Below, one piece after another: positions 44,860 through 54,542 of a DNA stretch of 64,000 nt (positions within the stretch are counted from its first letter, which is position 1; the number at the start of each line of letters is the position of its first letter). The position numbers and the translations under genes are program-made. Source of the DNA: Bacteroidota bacterium (GTDB taxonomy: Bacteria; Bacteroidota; Bacteroidia; B-17B0; Aurantibacillaceae); the NCBI GenBank assembly GCA_021323535.1, contig JAJONO010000004.1, positions 8,094 to 72,093 on the forward strand, read 5' to 3'. The notes beneath the pieces were generated by a model that saw only the letters and a list, made by a program, of their open reading frames with translations, ran no database searches and was not told the origin of the DNA.

Positions 44860-44866
44860 ATAAAAT

Positions 44867-45757
44867 ATGAGCAAAAAACCGGCATTAGGCAGAGGATTAA
44901 GCGCATTACTGGAAAATGCCAAGACCGATATCACCACAAAACAGGTGGGCGATGGCGCCCCAGTAGTAAATTCAGTTTCTATTCTCAAAGTAAAGAACAT
45001 TGAAGCCAATCCTTTTCAGCCAAGAACTAATTTCGAAGAAACCGCTTTACAGGAACTCAGCGACAGTATAAAACAACACGGCATTATTCAGCCGTTAACA
45101 GTAAGAAAATTAGGTTACGATAAATACCAATTGATCTCGGGCGAACGTCGTTTCCGCGCTTCGCAAATGGCCGGATTGACCGAAGTTCCGGCATACATAC
45201 GCGTAGCCGATGATCAGGCCATGCTGGAAATGGCCCTCGTTGAAAATATCCAACGTGAGGACCTTGACCCGATCGAAGTTTCCCTCTCGTATAAACGTCT
45301 CATTGACGAATGTAATCTTACACAAGAACAATTAAGTGAGAAAGTAGGAAAACAACGCAGTACCGTTACAAACTTCTTACGTCTCCTTAAATTACCTGCG
45401 CCTATCCAGAAAGCATTACGCGACAGGGAAATTACAATGGGACATGCCAAAGCTCTCATTAACATTGATAACGAAGACAGGCAACTTGCTATTTTCGCGT
45501 TAACATTGGAGCAGGAACTTTCCGTGAGACAAATTGAAGAGATTGCACGCGGAGAAAAGATCAAACTGACACCAAAAGTTTCACGCGTTGAAAAACCACT
45601 CGCTACCGAAGATAAAGTAATTACGAAACAACTCGAAAATATCTTTCACAAATCCTACGATTTTAAACGCAACAGCAAGGGAGGAGGAAAGCTAACGCTT
45701 AGTTTTAGTAATGACACTGAGCTGAAACATATCATTTCTTTTTTCGGGATTGAATAG
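44867..45757 (+). CDS. parB: Chromosome partitioning protein ParB/Spo0J
   Basis: ParB box GIIQPLTVRK...LISGERRFRAS and an HTH region. Confidence 0.9.
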   Translation: MSKKPALGRGLSALLENAKTDITTKQVGDGAPVVNSVSILKVKNIEANPFQPRTNFEETALQELSDSIKQHGIIQPLTVRKLGYDKYQLISGERRFRASQMAGLTEVPAYIRVADDQAMLEMALVENIQREDLDPIEVSLSYKRLIDECNLTQEQLSEKVGKQRSTVTNFLRLLKLPAPIQKALRDREITMGHAKALINIDNEDRQLAIFALTLEQELSVRQIEEIARGEKIKLTPKVSRVEKPLATEDKVITKQLENIFHKSYDFKRNSKGGGKLTLSFSNDTELKHIISFFGIE

Positions 45758-45829
45758 GAGACACATCCCGGTAGTTTATCGGGATCGCGAATTAACGAGA
45801 ATATGAATTGTTATTACTGAATTCGTAAA

Positions 45830-46336
45830 CTGAAAAAAATTCTCCTGATATCTGATACTCACAGTTTTCTTGAACCTAAACTCATGAAATATGTTGAACA
45901 GGCCGATGAAGTATGGCATGCCGGCGATATTGGCACCATGGATGTGTGTAAATCCATTCAAAAGGTCAAACCTTTTAAAGCTGTATTTGGAAATATTGAT
46001 GCCCCCGATATTCGTTCCGTTTATCCTGAAAATCTTTTTTTTGATTGTGAAGAAGTGAAAGTGTTTATCACTCACATTGGAGGTTATCCCGGAAAATATC
46101 CTGCAAAAATTAAGCAACTCATTAAAGAAAACAAACCTCAGCTTTTTATTTGCGGACATTCGCACATTTTAAAAGTCATGTTTGATAAAGAAAATAATCT
46201 ACTTCACATTAACCCGGGAGCTTGTGGCGTACATGGATTTCACCGTGTAAAAACAGTGGTACAATTTGAAATAGATAAAAAAGAAATTAAGAACTTAGCG
46301 GTGATCGAATTGGGTAACCGCAATTCAATTAATTGA
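45830..46336 (+). CDS. YfcE/MJ0936-type metallophosphoesterase; start codon uncertain (non-ATG)
   Basis: The metal motifs ISDTH (45848-45862), GDIG, GNID and GHSH are in one frame, but ISDTH lies upstream of the first ATG (45884). The frame opens after TGA at 45818-45820; candidate starts are CTG 45830 and ATT 45821. Confidence 0.65.
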   Translation: MKKILLISDTHSFLEPKLMKYVEQADEVWHAGDIGTMDVCKSIQKVKPFKAVFGNIDAPDIRSVYPENLFFDCEEVKVFITHIGGYPGKYPAKIKQLIKENKPQLFICGHSHILKVMFDKENNLLHINPGACGVHGFHRVKTVVQFEIDKKEIKNLAVIELGNRNSIN

Positions 46337-46815
46337 TGATGGAAGATAAAAAAACGGATATATATTTTTCGAATGAGGCGCTTGCCCGTTTCGCGCATGC
46401 GCAGGGAAAAACCGTAGAAAAGATCATTTGTCATTTATGGCAAAATAACATGAACCAGAATGATGTTGTTGAGATCATCGACAATGTGGAACTTCATTTT
46501 ACCGATGGACAAAAACTAACCATTTCCTGTAACCAAAACGGCGACGGACTTGATGCTATAGAATTTGACGCCAAAACCCTTGCAATGGAACTAAAAGAAG
46601 AATTTGAAGGGAAAATAAAACTATTCCGGGTAGATGCTTCGCCAACCAAAATGTGGGCAGATGTGCCTGGTAAAGTGCTTCAGAGTGTTCAGATCACAAA
46701 AGATAATGATTATTACAAAGCAGATTCAGTGATGCTGAATTTCGGCGAAGAAAAGAGAACCGTTTCTATTGGCCCGCTAGACGGGCTTATTATTGATTAT
46801 TACGAAGAAGACTGA
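46333..46815 (+). CDS. Hypothetical protein
   Basis: 160-aa ORF overlapping the upstream stop by 4 nt (ATGA); no recognisable motif. Confidence 0.5.
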   Translation: MMMEDKKTDIYFSNEALARFAHAQGKTVEKIICHLWQNNMNQNDVVEIIDNVELHFTDGQKLTISCNQNGDGLDAIEFDAKTLAMELKEEFEGKIKLFRVDASPTKMWADVPGKVLQSVQITKDNDYYKADSVMLNFGEEKRTVSIGPLDGLIIDYYEED

Positions 46816-46888
46816 TCTTAATGTGAAATGTAATATGTATAATGGAAAACGTAATCTCCATTTTCCATCTTCCCTTTTACATTTTCCA

Positions 46889-47611
46889 TTATTTGTAGGT
46901 ATGCATCATCTTCACCAAGGTTCTTCTTATTTTATTTTTTACTTTCTGAAAGAAACTTCTTTTCGAACTTAGCTTCACGTAATTCCATTTTTTATTCTTT
47001 GTAATGACAAAAAATTGATAATCATGTTCGCACCAGATGCTATGATTTTCAAAGGAAACAAGATTCAGATTATTCTTCACAATATTATTCACGATAAAAT
47101 CGATAGGTAATGGTTGATCCACTACCTGCAATACTTCAGAGTTATTTTCAATATCGTATTGTATCGCGGCCGGACTTGGAATATTGATCAGCACCATAGA
47201 ATTTTCACCCATAATAGAACTTAAATTCCTGAAAAGCTCATCGTGTCGTTCCATAGGAATGTGTTCAATCACATCAAACAAAGTAATAATATCGGGTTGC
47301 TTCATCTGTGGCTTGTAATCCACCACATCATGAGCCGCAAGCGTAAGATTATTCTGCGTTAGTCTTTTCTTTGCAAACTCAATTGAGCTGCTGCTAATGT
47401 CCACCGATTCAATTTGTCCGCTCTTCACAACTTTGCATATCATGTAAGTAAGCGTTCCTATCCCACATCCCAGTTCAAGAATTTTTGAACCAGAATTCAT
47501 CCCATGTTTCTTCATCCGGCAGAACATTTCATAAATACGTTCATTTATGCCCACATCCTGCTGTTGATCTACATACTCATTATAAAAATCTATGACCTTT
47601 TTATTATCCAC
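46889..47611 (-). CDS. Class I SAM-dependent methyltransferase
   Basis: ILELGCGIGTLT SAM loop and LFDVIEHI motif. Confidence 0.7.
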   Translation of the reverse strand: MDNKKVIDFYNEYVDQQQDVGINERIYEMFCRMKKHGMNSGSKILELGCGIGTLTYMICKVVKSGQIESVDISSSSIEFAKKRLTQNNLTLAAHDVVDYKPQMKQPDIITLFDVIEHIPMERHDELFRNLSSIMGENSMVLINIPSPAAIQYDIENNSEVLQVVDQPLPIDFIVNNIVKNNLNLVSFENHSIWCEHDYQFFVITKNKKWNYVKLSSKRSFFQKVKNKIRRTLVKMMHTYK

Positions 47612-48366
47612 TATTTGCTTTTGAATTTATTAATAGCGTTGATCGTAAATTCGCTCAGAACCAATTTTCCGCTCATTCCAGCGCGTTCAATGAGAAGCGT
47701 ATCCCAATTCTCGCAACCTTCCCACATGATCTTCTTAAGCATGGCCATAGCTTCAGGGTTACTGTTAGCCAAACGCTGGGCCAATCCTTCAATGGCTTTG
47801 TCCATATCTACTGCATTATCGAATAATTCGGCGTATAAGCCTTTTTCTTTGGCCCATTGCGCGCTTCTCCATTCAGTAGCGTTAATGGTCAGTTCGCAGA
47901 AAGCGCTTTTGCCAACTTTACGCTCTACAGCCGGACCAACCACAAAAGGACCGATTCCTACTGCCAGTTCGCTTAGTTTTACAGAGGCATCTTTTACTCC
48001 GAAAGTATAATCACCGCTGCAGGCTATGCCTACTCCACCGCCAACGGCTTTACCCTGCACGCGAACCAAAACAAATTTAGGGGCTTTACGAATAGCGTTG
48101 ATGACTCCTGCGAAGCCACTGAAAAAAGTGGTGCCGGTTTGCATATCTTTTATACTAATGAGCTCATCGAAACTGGCACCGGCACAAAAGGCCTTATCGC
48201 CTTCGCTTTTAAGAACAATTACTTTAGCCTTATCATCTTTACCAAGTTTAGTAATTTCTTCGGCAAGGTTTCTTAGCTGGTAACCCGGCATGCTATTACT
48301 TTGCGGATGAAAGAAAACGATTGTTCCAATTCCGTCTTTGATCTCAGATTTTACGAAACCTTCCAT
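47611..48366 (-). CDS. Enoyl-CoA hydratase/isomerase (crotonase) family protein
   Basis: KAFCAGASFDEL oxyanion motif and VQGKAVGGGVG. Confidence 0.85.
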   Translation of the reverse strand: MEGFVKSEIKDGIGTIVFFHPQSNSMPGYQLRNLAEEITKLGKDDKAKVIVLKSEGDKAFCAGASFDELISIKDMQTGTTFFSGFAGVINAIRKAPKFVLVRVQGKAVGGGVGIACSGDYTFGVKDASVKLSELAVGIGPFVVGPAVERKVGKSAFCELTINATEWRSAQWAKEKGLYAELFDNAVDMDKAIEGLAQRLANSNPEAMAMLKKIMWEGCENWDTLLIERAGMSGKLVLSEFTINAINKFKSK

Positions 48367-48381
48367 AAATTCATTTTACTG

Positions 48382-48389
48382 CAAATGTA
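48382..48389 (-). promoter_or_regulatory. -7 box (TACATTTG) upstream of the enoyl-CoA hydratase gene
   Basis: Minus strand reads TTATTTGCGGTTAAA-aat-TACATTTG-15 nt-ATG. Confidence 0.4.
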
Positions 48390-48392
48390 ATT

Positions 48393-48407
48393 TTTAACCG
48401 CAAATAA
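48393..48407. repeat. TTTAACCGCAAATAA 15-mer, identical to 16952-16966
   Basis: Exact 15-nt identity; both copies lie 3-4 nt from a -7 box of a minus-strand gene. Confidence 0.75.
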
Positions 48408-48433
48408 ACAATGGAATTTAAAATGGCGCAGCA

Positions 48434-48461
48434 ATAAAAAAGTCCGTATAAAACGGACTTT
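48434..48461 (-). terminator. Intrinsic terminator of the giant PKD-repeat gene
   Basis: AAGTCCGT / ACGGACTT stem; the A-run on the plus strand gives a T-run on the minus strand. Confidence 0.65.
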
Positions 48462-48466
48462 AAAAA

Positions 48467-51400
48467 TTATTCTTCTGCGTTGAGTTGGGTGACGTGGCCC
48501 ACGTAGATATGATCTTTGTCTTTGAGATCGGTAACGATCACTTTCCATTGGTAAACATCTTGTTTGCCATCAACCTGCTTACCTTTCACGGTGCCGTCCC
48601 ATCCTTTGGAAATATCGCCCGTGTAAAAGATCATTTCACCCCAACGGTCATAGATCCACATTTTGTATTCTTTTATACCAATTCCTTTTCCTGCAAATAG
48701 ATCATTAACCCCATCACCGTTTGGTGTAAATGTATTAGGAATATAGAACGTAAAATTCGGTCCTATTTCTATTGGCTTTATTACGGTATCCTTACAGCCA
48801 TAGGAGTTTCTGATGGCGAGAAAAACATTGATGCTCATAGGATCATCTGTTTTAAAATAATGTTTTGGTGTATTGTTCGAAGAGTCGAGGGAGTTAGGTG
48901 CATCATTGAAATACCATTGAAAATTCATAAAACCTTCAGATGTATTTGTAAAAGAAATTATTGGCGTAAGAACATCCCCATTCTCGGGCGACCAGCTAAA
49001 ATCGGCCCGTGGTTTAGGATACACTACCACATAATTTTTTCTTCTGATAGAATCTACGCAGCCGCTATCGGTTCTTACAGTTAATTTTACATCGTATTTT
49101 AAAGGGTTGTAGAATGAGGAGTTAGAATAACAAGCCGCCTTCTTACCGTTACTGTTAGCAGATTCAAACGCGCCGTTTCCGAAGTTCCACTCCCAGTTTA
49201 CATTCTGAGCCGGTCCTGTAAGTATCGCGGTACTGTCGAGAAGCTCAATACAAAAATCAGTACATCCCATTCTTTTCGGCGCATAAAAATTAGGTTTCGG
49301 GTTATGATTAATGTAAACATTTCCCGGGATAACATTTTTACAGCCGTTAACAGAAGTAAGTAAAAGATTTAATGTTTGTTGTCCTGCCGCGGCAAACGTA
49401 TGCGTTACCTGCGCGCCGGATGCTTCAGCGCTAAGAGGAGAGTTGTTGTAATCCCACGCGTAACTTGCAACTGCCCCACCATTTGACGAAGGCATTGCGG
49501 TTAATGTTGTTGTTTTTGTAAGACATGTTTTGGAATAAACAAAACTTCCGTAAGGACGATCCCATACCTCAACTGTTTTTGTGCCTGAACTTGAACAACC
49601 GTTTGGAGAAGAAACAGTAAGCGTTACTGTATAAATGCCAGGTGTTGCATAACTGTGCGTTGTTACAGGCACGGCATTCAATGCACTTGAACCTCCATCG
49701 CCATAATTCCAGGCGTAATTAGAGATGTTTCCAACAGGGATGCTTGATGTAACTCCACTTATCTGCATTGGCTGAGTATCGATACAGGTATTGATGTTTG
49801 TAATACCAGCCAGCGGACCAGGATGCACCCATACGTTTTTAGTGATGGAGTTATAACAAACCAATGCGCCATTGTTAGGTGATGTAAACACGGTGTACGT
49901 AACAGAAATGTTTCCCCATGCAGTAAAAGTATTCTGGGTAGAAAGCGAATTGTTTGTTACATCAGGAACATTATCATTGTTCCAGTCCCAACTGAAATTC
50001 ACAAAAGGATTTCCATTGGCATTACTTGCATCCTGCAGGGTTGTTATATTACCAAGGCAAACCGAATCTGCAATAAAATTTGGAGTTGGCCTGCTGTACA
50101 CCATAACCGGCTTTATGACCGAATCTTTACAACCATTAATTGTAGTTACATAAAAAGTAACATTGTAAGTTGTGTTATTGGTTGCATTCAGCGGATTCGC
50201 ATACGTATAAACCGGGTTCTGCGAACTTGAAGAACCTCCGTCTCCAAAGCTCCATGAAAACGTGGACTGAGCTCCTGTATTAGGATTTACAGATGTGCTG
50301 GTAAGATTTGTAAAATTACTGGCGGCTCCGAAACAAACTCCGGTTGGTGTGAAATCTACAACCGCCCGGCCGTAAACATTCACGGCTTTTTTAATTGTAT
50401 CTGTACAACCATTAGCAGATGTTGCGATCAAGCCAACAGTATAAATTCCTGATGAACCAAAATTATTCGATGGGTTCTGCGTTGTGTTGTCGGTTGATCC
50501 GTTATTATCAAAATCCCATGCCCATCCGCTTACAGCACCAGCTGCCGGAGCCGCGGGAGATGAATTATCTGTAAATGTCATAGCTATTCCGGAACATATA
50601 CCATTAGCATTAAAGCTTGCTGTAGGGCTGGCGTAAACTTCAACAGTGCCCGTCATCGTACTGCTGCAACCATTATTGGTTAATCCTGTAAGCGTAATTG
50701 TTTTTATTCCGTCAACAGTGTAAGTTAAACCTGTTGGGTTAGTTGCATTGCTGCCTGCCATCGATGTTCCGTTACCGCTTCCGAAATTCCAGGTATAAGA
50801 ACTCATAGAAGAAGGCACTGTTACATTGGAAGTGTTATTGAGAACGATAGCATATTTTTTACAGGCGTTTACAGCCGTAAAATTCACCGTTGGATTTGGA
50901 GAAACAACAATGTTCACCAGCGCTGAATCAGTACAACCAAAATTACTTTGTGCTTTTAGTTCCACCTGAAAAGTGCCGCTTGCCGGGTAAGTAAAGCCAG
51001 GTGACTGCGTTGTATTATCTGTTACATTATCATTTGTGAAATCCCAGAACCAATTCGTGATTGAACTCGGAGCTAAAACGCTGCTATTGTTTGTGAAGTT
51101 TGTAACTGTACCAAAACAAACCGGGTTTGCAGCAAAACTAATCGTGGGCTTTGGAAAAACAGTATAATTCTTTGTGATATTATTACTGCAACCATCTGAA
51201 TTTACTCCAAGTAAATTCACTGTGAAACTTCCTGGCGTTGGAAAACTGATGGAAGGATTAGACGAAGTACTGGTTCCTCCGCCTCCACCAAATGTCCAGG
51301 TATAATTATTAGAAGCAGCTCCTCCGGTAGTTGAAATATTTGTAAAGTTTGAATTCAAACCATGACAAACAGGGCTCACGGTAAAGTCAATAATAGGCGG

Positions 51401-53341
51401 CAAAGTAATATTGAGGTTTTGGGTAATACTATCTTTACAACCCTCTGCATTTGTTACAACCAATTTGATTTGCTTTGGCCCGATCGTAGCATAGTTGTGC
51501 GTTTCAGGATTGAGATTGGAGTTCGGAGTGGCATCACCCCAAACCCATTGTAAACCAACAGCGCTTCCGCCATTGAGATTAGTTGTGCTCAACACATTGA
51601 CTGTACTCGTACAAGCCAGATTAGTGAAATTAAAAGACGCTGTAGGTTTCGGATAAACTGTAAATGACTTAACCATAGAGTTGGAACAACCACCTGTATT
51701 GGTACCAACAAGTGATACAGTAAAAATTCCTGCGGTAGGAAAATTCATGGAAGGACTTACTACATTGCTCGTTCCGCCACCACCACCAAAGGTCCAGGTA
51801 TAATTATTAGCAGCAGCGCCACCGGTAGTAGAAATATTTGTAAAGTTGGAGTTAAGTCCAAAGCAGACGGGACTAACAGTAAAATCAATAAATGGCGGCA
51901 GGGTCACGTTTATATTTTGCGTGATACTATCCTTGCATCCGGCCGAATTGGTGACGACTAATTTTATTTGCTTAGGCCCGGGCGTTGTATAACTGTGACT
52001 TTCCGCGCTCAGTGTTCCGTTAGGAGTTGCATCTCCCCACACCCACTGATAGCCTGTTATCGCCGCCCCTCCATTCGTGTTGGATGTACTCTGTACGTTA
52101 AGCGTGGTGGTACATGGAGTATAAGTAAAATTAAACGCGGCGGTTGGAGGCACACTAATTGAAAAGTTTACCAATCGTGTAATTGGCGTACAAGCTCCGA
52201 TTGGATTCATGGTAACTGTGTACTGCCCTGGAAAATTCGTAATAAAACTTTGGTTGTTTACATTCGTAACTCCACTACCCGGAGGGCCGTTCCAGGTGTA
52301 AGGACCAAGTCCCGGAGGCGCTGTAATGGTGGCGTTACCTGAACCGCATAATGCAACAGTGGTTGCATTGGTTCCTACAGGGAATTGCACACCGTTCACC
52401 GTCATATTCATTGGAAGACACTGAGCATCGAAGTACGAATAGCCATAGTGTCCGAAAGCGGTACAGTCGCCCACTGTTACCTGAACTGTGATACAACTTC
52501 CCACAAAATTGGTAAGATCAAGCGCGCTTATCTGCCATGTAGGATTATAATAAAACGCGCTTCCTGGTCCGGCTACGAAGCCCGGTGCAGAAGAGGCACA
52601 AGAAGTACTTGGAGCAAGGATCTGTGCTTGCGGACAAGCGATGACCTGATTGTTGCAATTCAGGATCCTGATATTAAGAAATGGTTGCTGGGCACAGGTG
52701 TGTCCCGCGGCCTGAAGCACTGCAAGGTATGCGAACTGGAGTAAGGAACTTTGTGGGGTTACAGTAAAAGTTTGCGAAATACGTTCCACTATGGCGCCGG
52801 TAGCCTGGTTATTGATCCGGCAGATAAAATTACCTCCGAAAGGTGATGCAATCGACACTCCGGATACGGGATCGGTTCCTGTGTCGGGAATTACTGCTGT
52901 AGCTGCGCCGCCTGCTGTGCCACAACAGCCCGCCATAGTCGTAGAATTATTATTTGTGCCGCTTGTGAGCGTCCAGCCCCCAAGATTTCCCGCTTCAAAA
53001 TCCATATTGGTGCAAAACGCCATGATTTGGTTCCCGCCATTTGAACCGGGCCCCATAGGCTTGTAAGAATTGAATGAGTTGTCAATTTCAAAAGGGAAAC
53101 CATATTTGTTTTTGATAAATTCCCGTTTGACTTTAGACATATACCATTCGTACTCAATACCGAAAAAATTTTCGGTGATAGCTTGAGCCTTAGCGGTTGT
53201 TTCATCAAAACCCCTGAGAGAGTCTAATGAAAAAATAGTTTGAAATCTTTTTTGTTGAGCCGTCAGAGGGGAATTAAGTAAGCAAAAAGTAAAAGCTAAA
53301 AAACAAAAAAAGACACCTTGGATCCTAGTAGATATTACCAT
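48467..53341 (-). CDS. 1624-aa cell-surface protein with about 14 PKD/Ig-like repeats and a T9SS type-B (gliding-motility-associated, CHU_C-like) C-terminal domain
   Basis: Signal peptide; iterated PKD-like units (F.F....C....V.F.N.S....Y.W.FGDG); C-terminus FYIPNTFTPNGDGVNDLF...IYDRWGEMIF...WDG. Confidence 0.85.
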   Translation of the reverse strand: MVISTRIQGVFFCFLAFTFCLLNSPLTAQQKRFQTIFSLDSLRGFDETTAKAQAITENFFGIEYEWYMSKVKREFIKNKYGFPFEIDNSFNSYKPMGPGSNGGNQIMAFCTNMDFEAGNLGGWTLTSGTNNNSTTMAGCCGTAGGAATAVIPDTGTDPVSGVSIASPFGGNFICRINNQATGAIVERISQTFTVTPQSSLLQFAYLAVLQAAGHTCAQQPFLNIRILNCNNQVIACPQAQILAPSTSCASSAPGFVAGPGSAFYYNPTWQISALDLTNFVGSCITVQVTVGDCTAFGHYGYSYFDAQCLPMNMTVNGVQFPVGTNATTVALCGSGNATITAPPGLGPYTWNGPPGSGVTNVNNQSFITNFPGQYTVTMNPIGACTPITRLVNFSISVPPTAAFNFTYTPCTTTLNVQSTSNTNGGAAITGYQWVWGDATPNGTLSAESHSYTTPGPKQIKLVVTNSAGCKDSITQNINVTLPPFIDFTVSPVCFGLNSNFTNISTTGGAAANNYTWTFGGGGGTSNVVSPSMNFPTAGIFTVSLVGTNTGGCSNSMVKSFTVYPKPTASFNFTNLACTSTVNVLSTTNLNGGSAVGLQWVWGDATPNSNLNPETHNYATIGPKQIKLVVTNAEGCKDSITQNLNITLPPIIDFTVSPVCHGLNSNFTNISTTGGAASNNYTWTFGGGGGTSTSSNPSISFPTPGSFTVNLLGVNSDGCSNNITKNYTVFPKPTISFAANPVCFGTVTNFTNNSSVLAPSSITNWFWDFTNDNVTDNTTQSPGFTYPASGTFQVELKAQSNFGCTDSALVNIVVSPNPTVNFTAVNACKKYAIVLNNTSNVTVPSSMSSYTWNFGSGNGTSMAGSNATNPTGLTYTVDGIKTITLTGLTNNGCSSTMTGTVEVYASPTASFNANGICSGIAMTFTDNSSPAAPAAGAVSGWAWDFDNNGSTDNTTQNPSNNFGSSGIYTVGLIATSANGCTDTIKKAVNVYGRAVVDFTPTGVCFGAASNFTNLTSTSVNPNTGAQSTFSWSFGDGGSSSSQNPVYTYANPLNATNNTTYNVTFYVTTINGCKDSVIKPVMVYSRPTPNFIADSVCLGNITTLQDASNANGNPFVNFSWDWNNDNVPDVTNNSLSTQNTFTAWGNISVTYTVFTSPNNGALVCYNSITKNVWVHPGPLAGITNINTCIDTQPMQISGVTSSIPVGNISNYAWNYGDGGSSALNAVPVTTHSYATPGIYTVTLTVSSPNGCSSSGTKTVEVWDRPYGSFVYSKTCLTKTTTLTAMPSSNGGAVASYAWDYNNSPLSAEASGAQVTHTFAAAGQQTLNLLLTSVNGCKNVIPGNVYINHNPKPNFYAPKRMGCTDFCIELLDSTAILTGPAQNVNWEWNFGNGAFESANSNGKKAACYSNSSFYNPLKYDVKLTVRTDSGCVDSIRRKNYVVVYPKPRADFSWSPENGDVLTPIISFTNTSEGFMNFQWYFNDAPNSLDSSNNTPKHYFKTDDPMSINVFLAIRNSYGCKDTVIKPIEIGPNFTFYIPNTFTPNGDGVNDLFAGKGIGIKEYKMWIYDRWGEMIFYTGDISKGWDGTVKGKQVDGKQDVYQWKVIVTDLKDKDHIYVGHVTQLNAEE
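51157..52152 (-). repeat. Tandem ~498-bp (166-codon, two PKD units) duplication inside the giant surface-protein gene
   Basis: DNA anchors 51285 and 51783 (CCACCAAAtGTCCAGGTATAATTATTAG...) are 498 nt apart. The protein copies share runs PKQIKLVVTN, GCKDSITQN, IDFTVSPVC, GLNSNFTNISTTGGAA, NNYTWTFGGGGGTS. Confidence 0.8.
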
Positions 53342-53574
53342 TGTGTATAGTTTTAGTTTTGCATCATTAAGTTACATACGAGGAAAATAACTGTCAAGTT
53401 TTTTAATTAACAACGAAATTTTCATACCATAATGTGCCAGAATTAAAAGCGTTTAGGCTGAGTGAAAATGATAGGATTCCCATTTTAAGTTAAAAATTGA
53501 TTGTTAATTTCTTGTTGCAAAGGTCGTTGATGAATAATTCCTATATTTAAAGCTGGTTTTATTTTATTGTTAAT

Positions 53575-54537
53575 ATGGATTTCAAATCTGATTCCGAGGC
53601 TATAGAGTCATTCGTTTCAAAATACAAACAACTCAATGCAGAAATAGGTAAAGTTATTGTAGGGCAGGAAGACACCATCAAAAATGTTCTGATCTCTATT
53701 TTCAGTAAAGGGCATTGTTTATTGGTTGGTGTACCCGGGCTTGCAAAGACGCTTCTTGTAAATACCATTTCGGACGCCCTGGGATTAACGTTCAACCGCA
53801 TACAGTTTACTCCTGATCTAATGCCGAGTGATATTATCGGAAACGAGATACTGGATGAACAACGTAATTTTAAATTCATAAAAGGGCCCCTTTTCGCCAA
53901 CATCATTCTTGCCGATGAGATCAACCGTACGCCACCAAAAACACAGGCCGCGCTTCTTGAAGCCATGCAGGAAAAACAGGTAACCGCATCGGGAAAAAAA
54001 TACGTGCTTGATAATCCGTTCTTCGTTTTAGCGACACAAAATCCTATTGAGCAGGAAGGAACGTATCCATTACCGGAAGCGCAACTCGATCGTTTTATGT
54101 TTAACGTGTGGCTTGATTATCCGAAGTTTGCTGAAGAATTACAAGTAGTGAAACAAACTACTACAACAAATACTGTTAAGTTGAACAAAATACTTTCGGC
54201 ACAGGAAATTGTTTTTTACCAGGATCTTATCCGTAAAATACCCGTGGCCGACAATGTGATCGAATACGCGGTAAAACTCGTAAACAAAACACGATTGAAT
54301 AGTGAGTTTACAACCGACATAACCAAAAAATATTTACAATGGGGCGCTGGCCCACGCGCTTCGCAATACCTGATCATTGGCGCCAAATGCCACGCTGCTA
54401 TTCGTGGTAAATTCAGTCCTGATATTGAAGATGTGAAAGCCATCGCTGTTCCTATTCTTAGACACCGGATTGTATTGAATTATAAAGCGGAAGCCGAAGG
54501 TGTAAGCGTAGAACAAATTATCAATCAATTATTATAA
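53575..54537 (+). CDS. moxR: MoxR-family AAA+ ATPase
   Basis: Walker A GVPGLAKT, Walker B LADEINR, ATQNPIEQEGTYPLPEAQLDRF. Confidence 0.9.
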   Translation: MDFKSDSEAIESFVSKYKQLNAEIGKVIVGQEDTIKNVLISIFSKGHCLLVGVPGLAKTLLVNTISDALGLTFNRIQFTPDLMPSDIIGNEILDEQRNFKFIKGPLFANIILADEINRTPPKTQAALLEAMQEKQVTASGKKYVLDNPFFVLATQNPIEQEGTYPLPEAQLDRFMFNVWLDYPKFAEELQVVKQTTTTNTVKLNKILSAQEIVFYQDLIRKIPVADNVIEYAVKLVNKTRLNSEFTTDITKKYLQWGAGPRASQYLIIGAKCHAAIRGKFSPDIEDVKAIAVPILRHRIVLNYKAEAEGVSVEQIINQLL

Positions 54538-54542
54538 GAGAG

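Noticed and set aside
44785-44866. parS site in the parA-parB spacer
   Set aside because: There is no match to the canonical TGTTNCACGTGAAACA palindrome. The inverted repeat present (AGTTTAAAGTTGAA) is unrelated.
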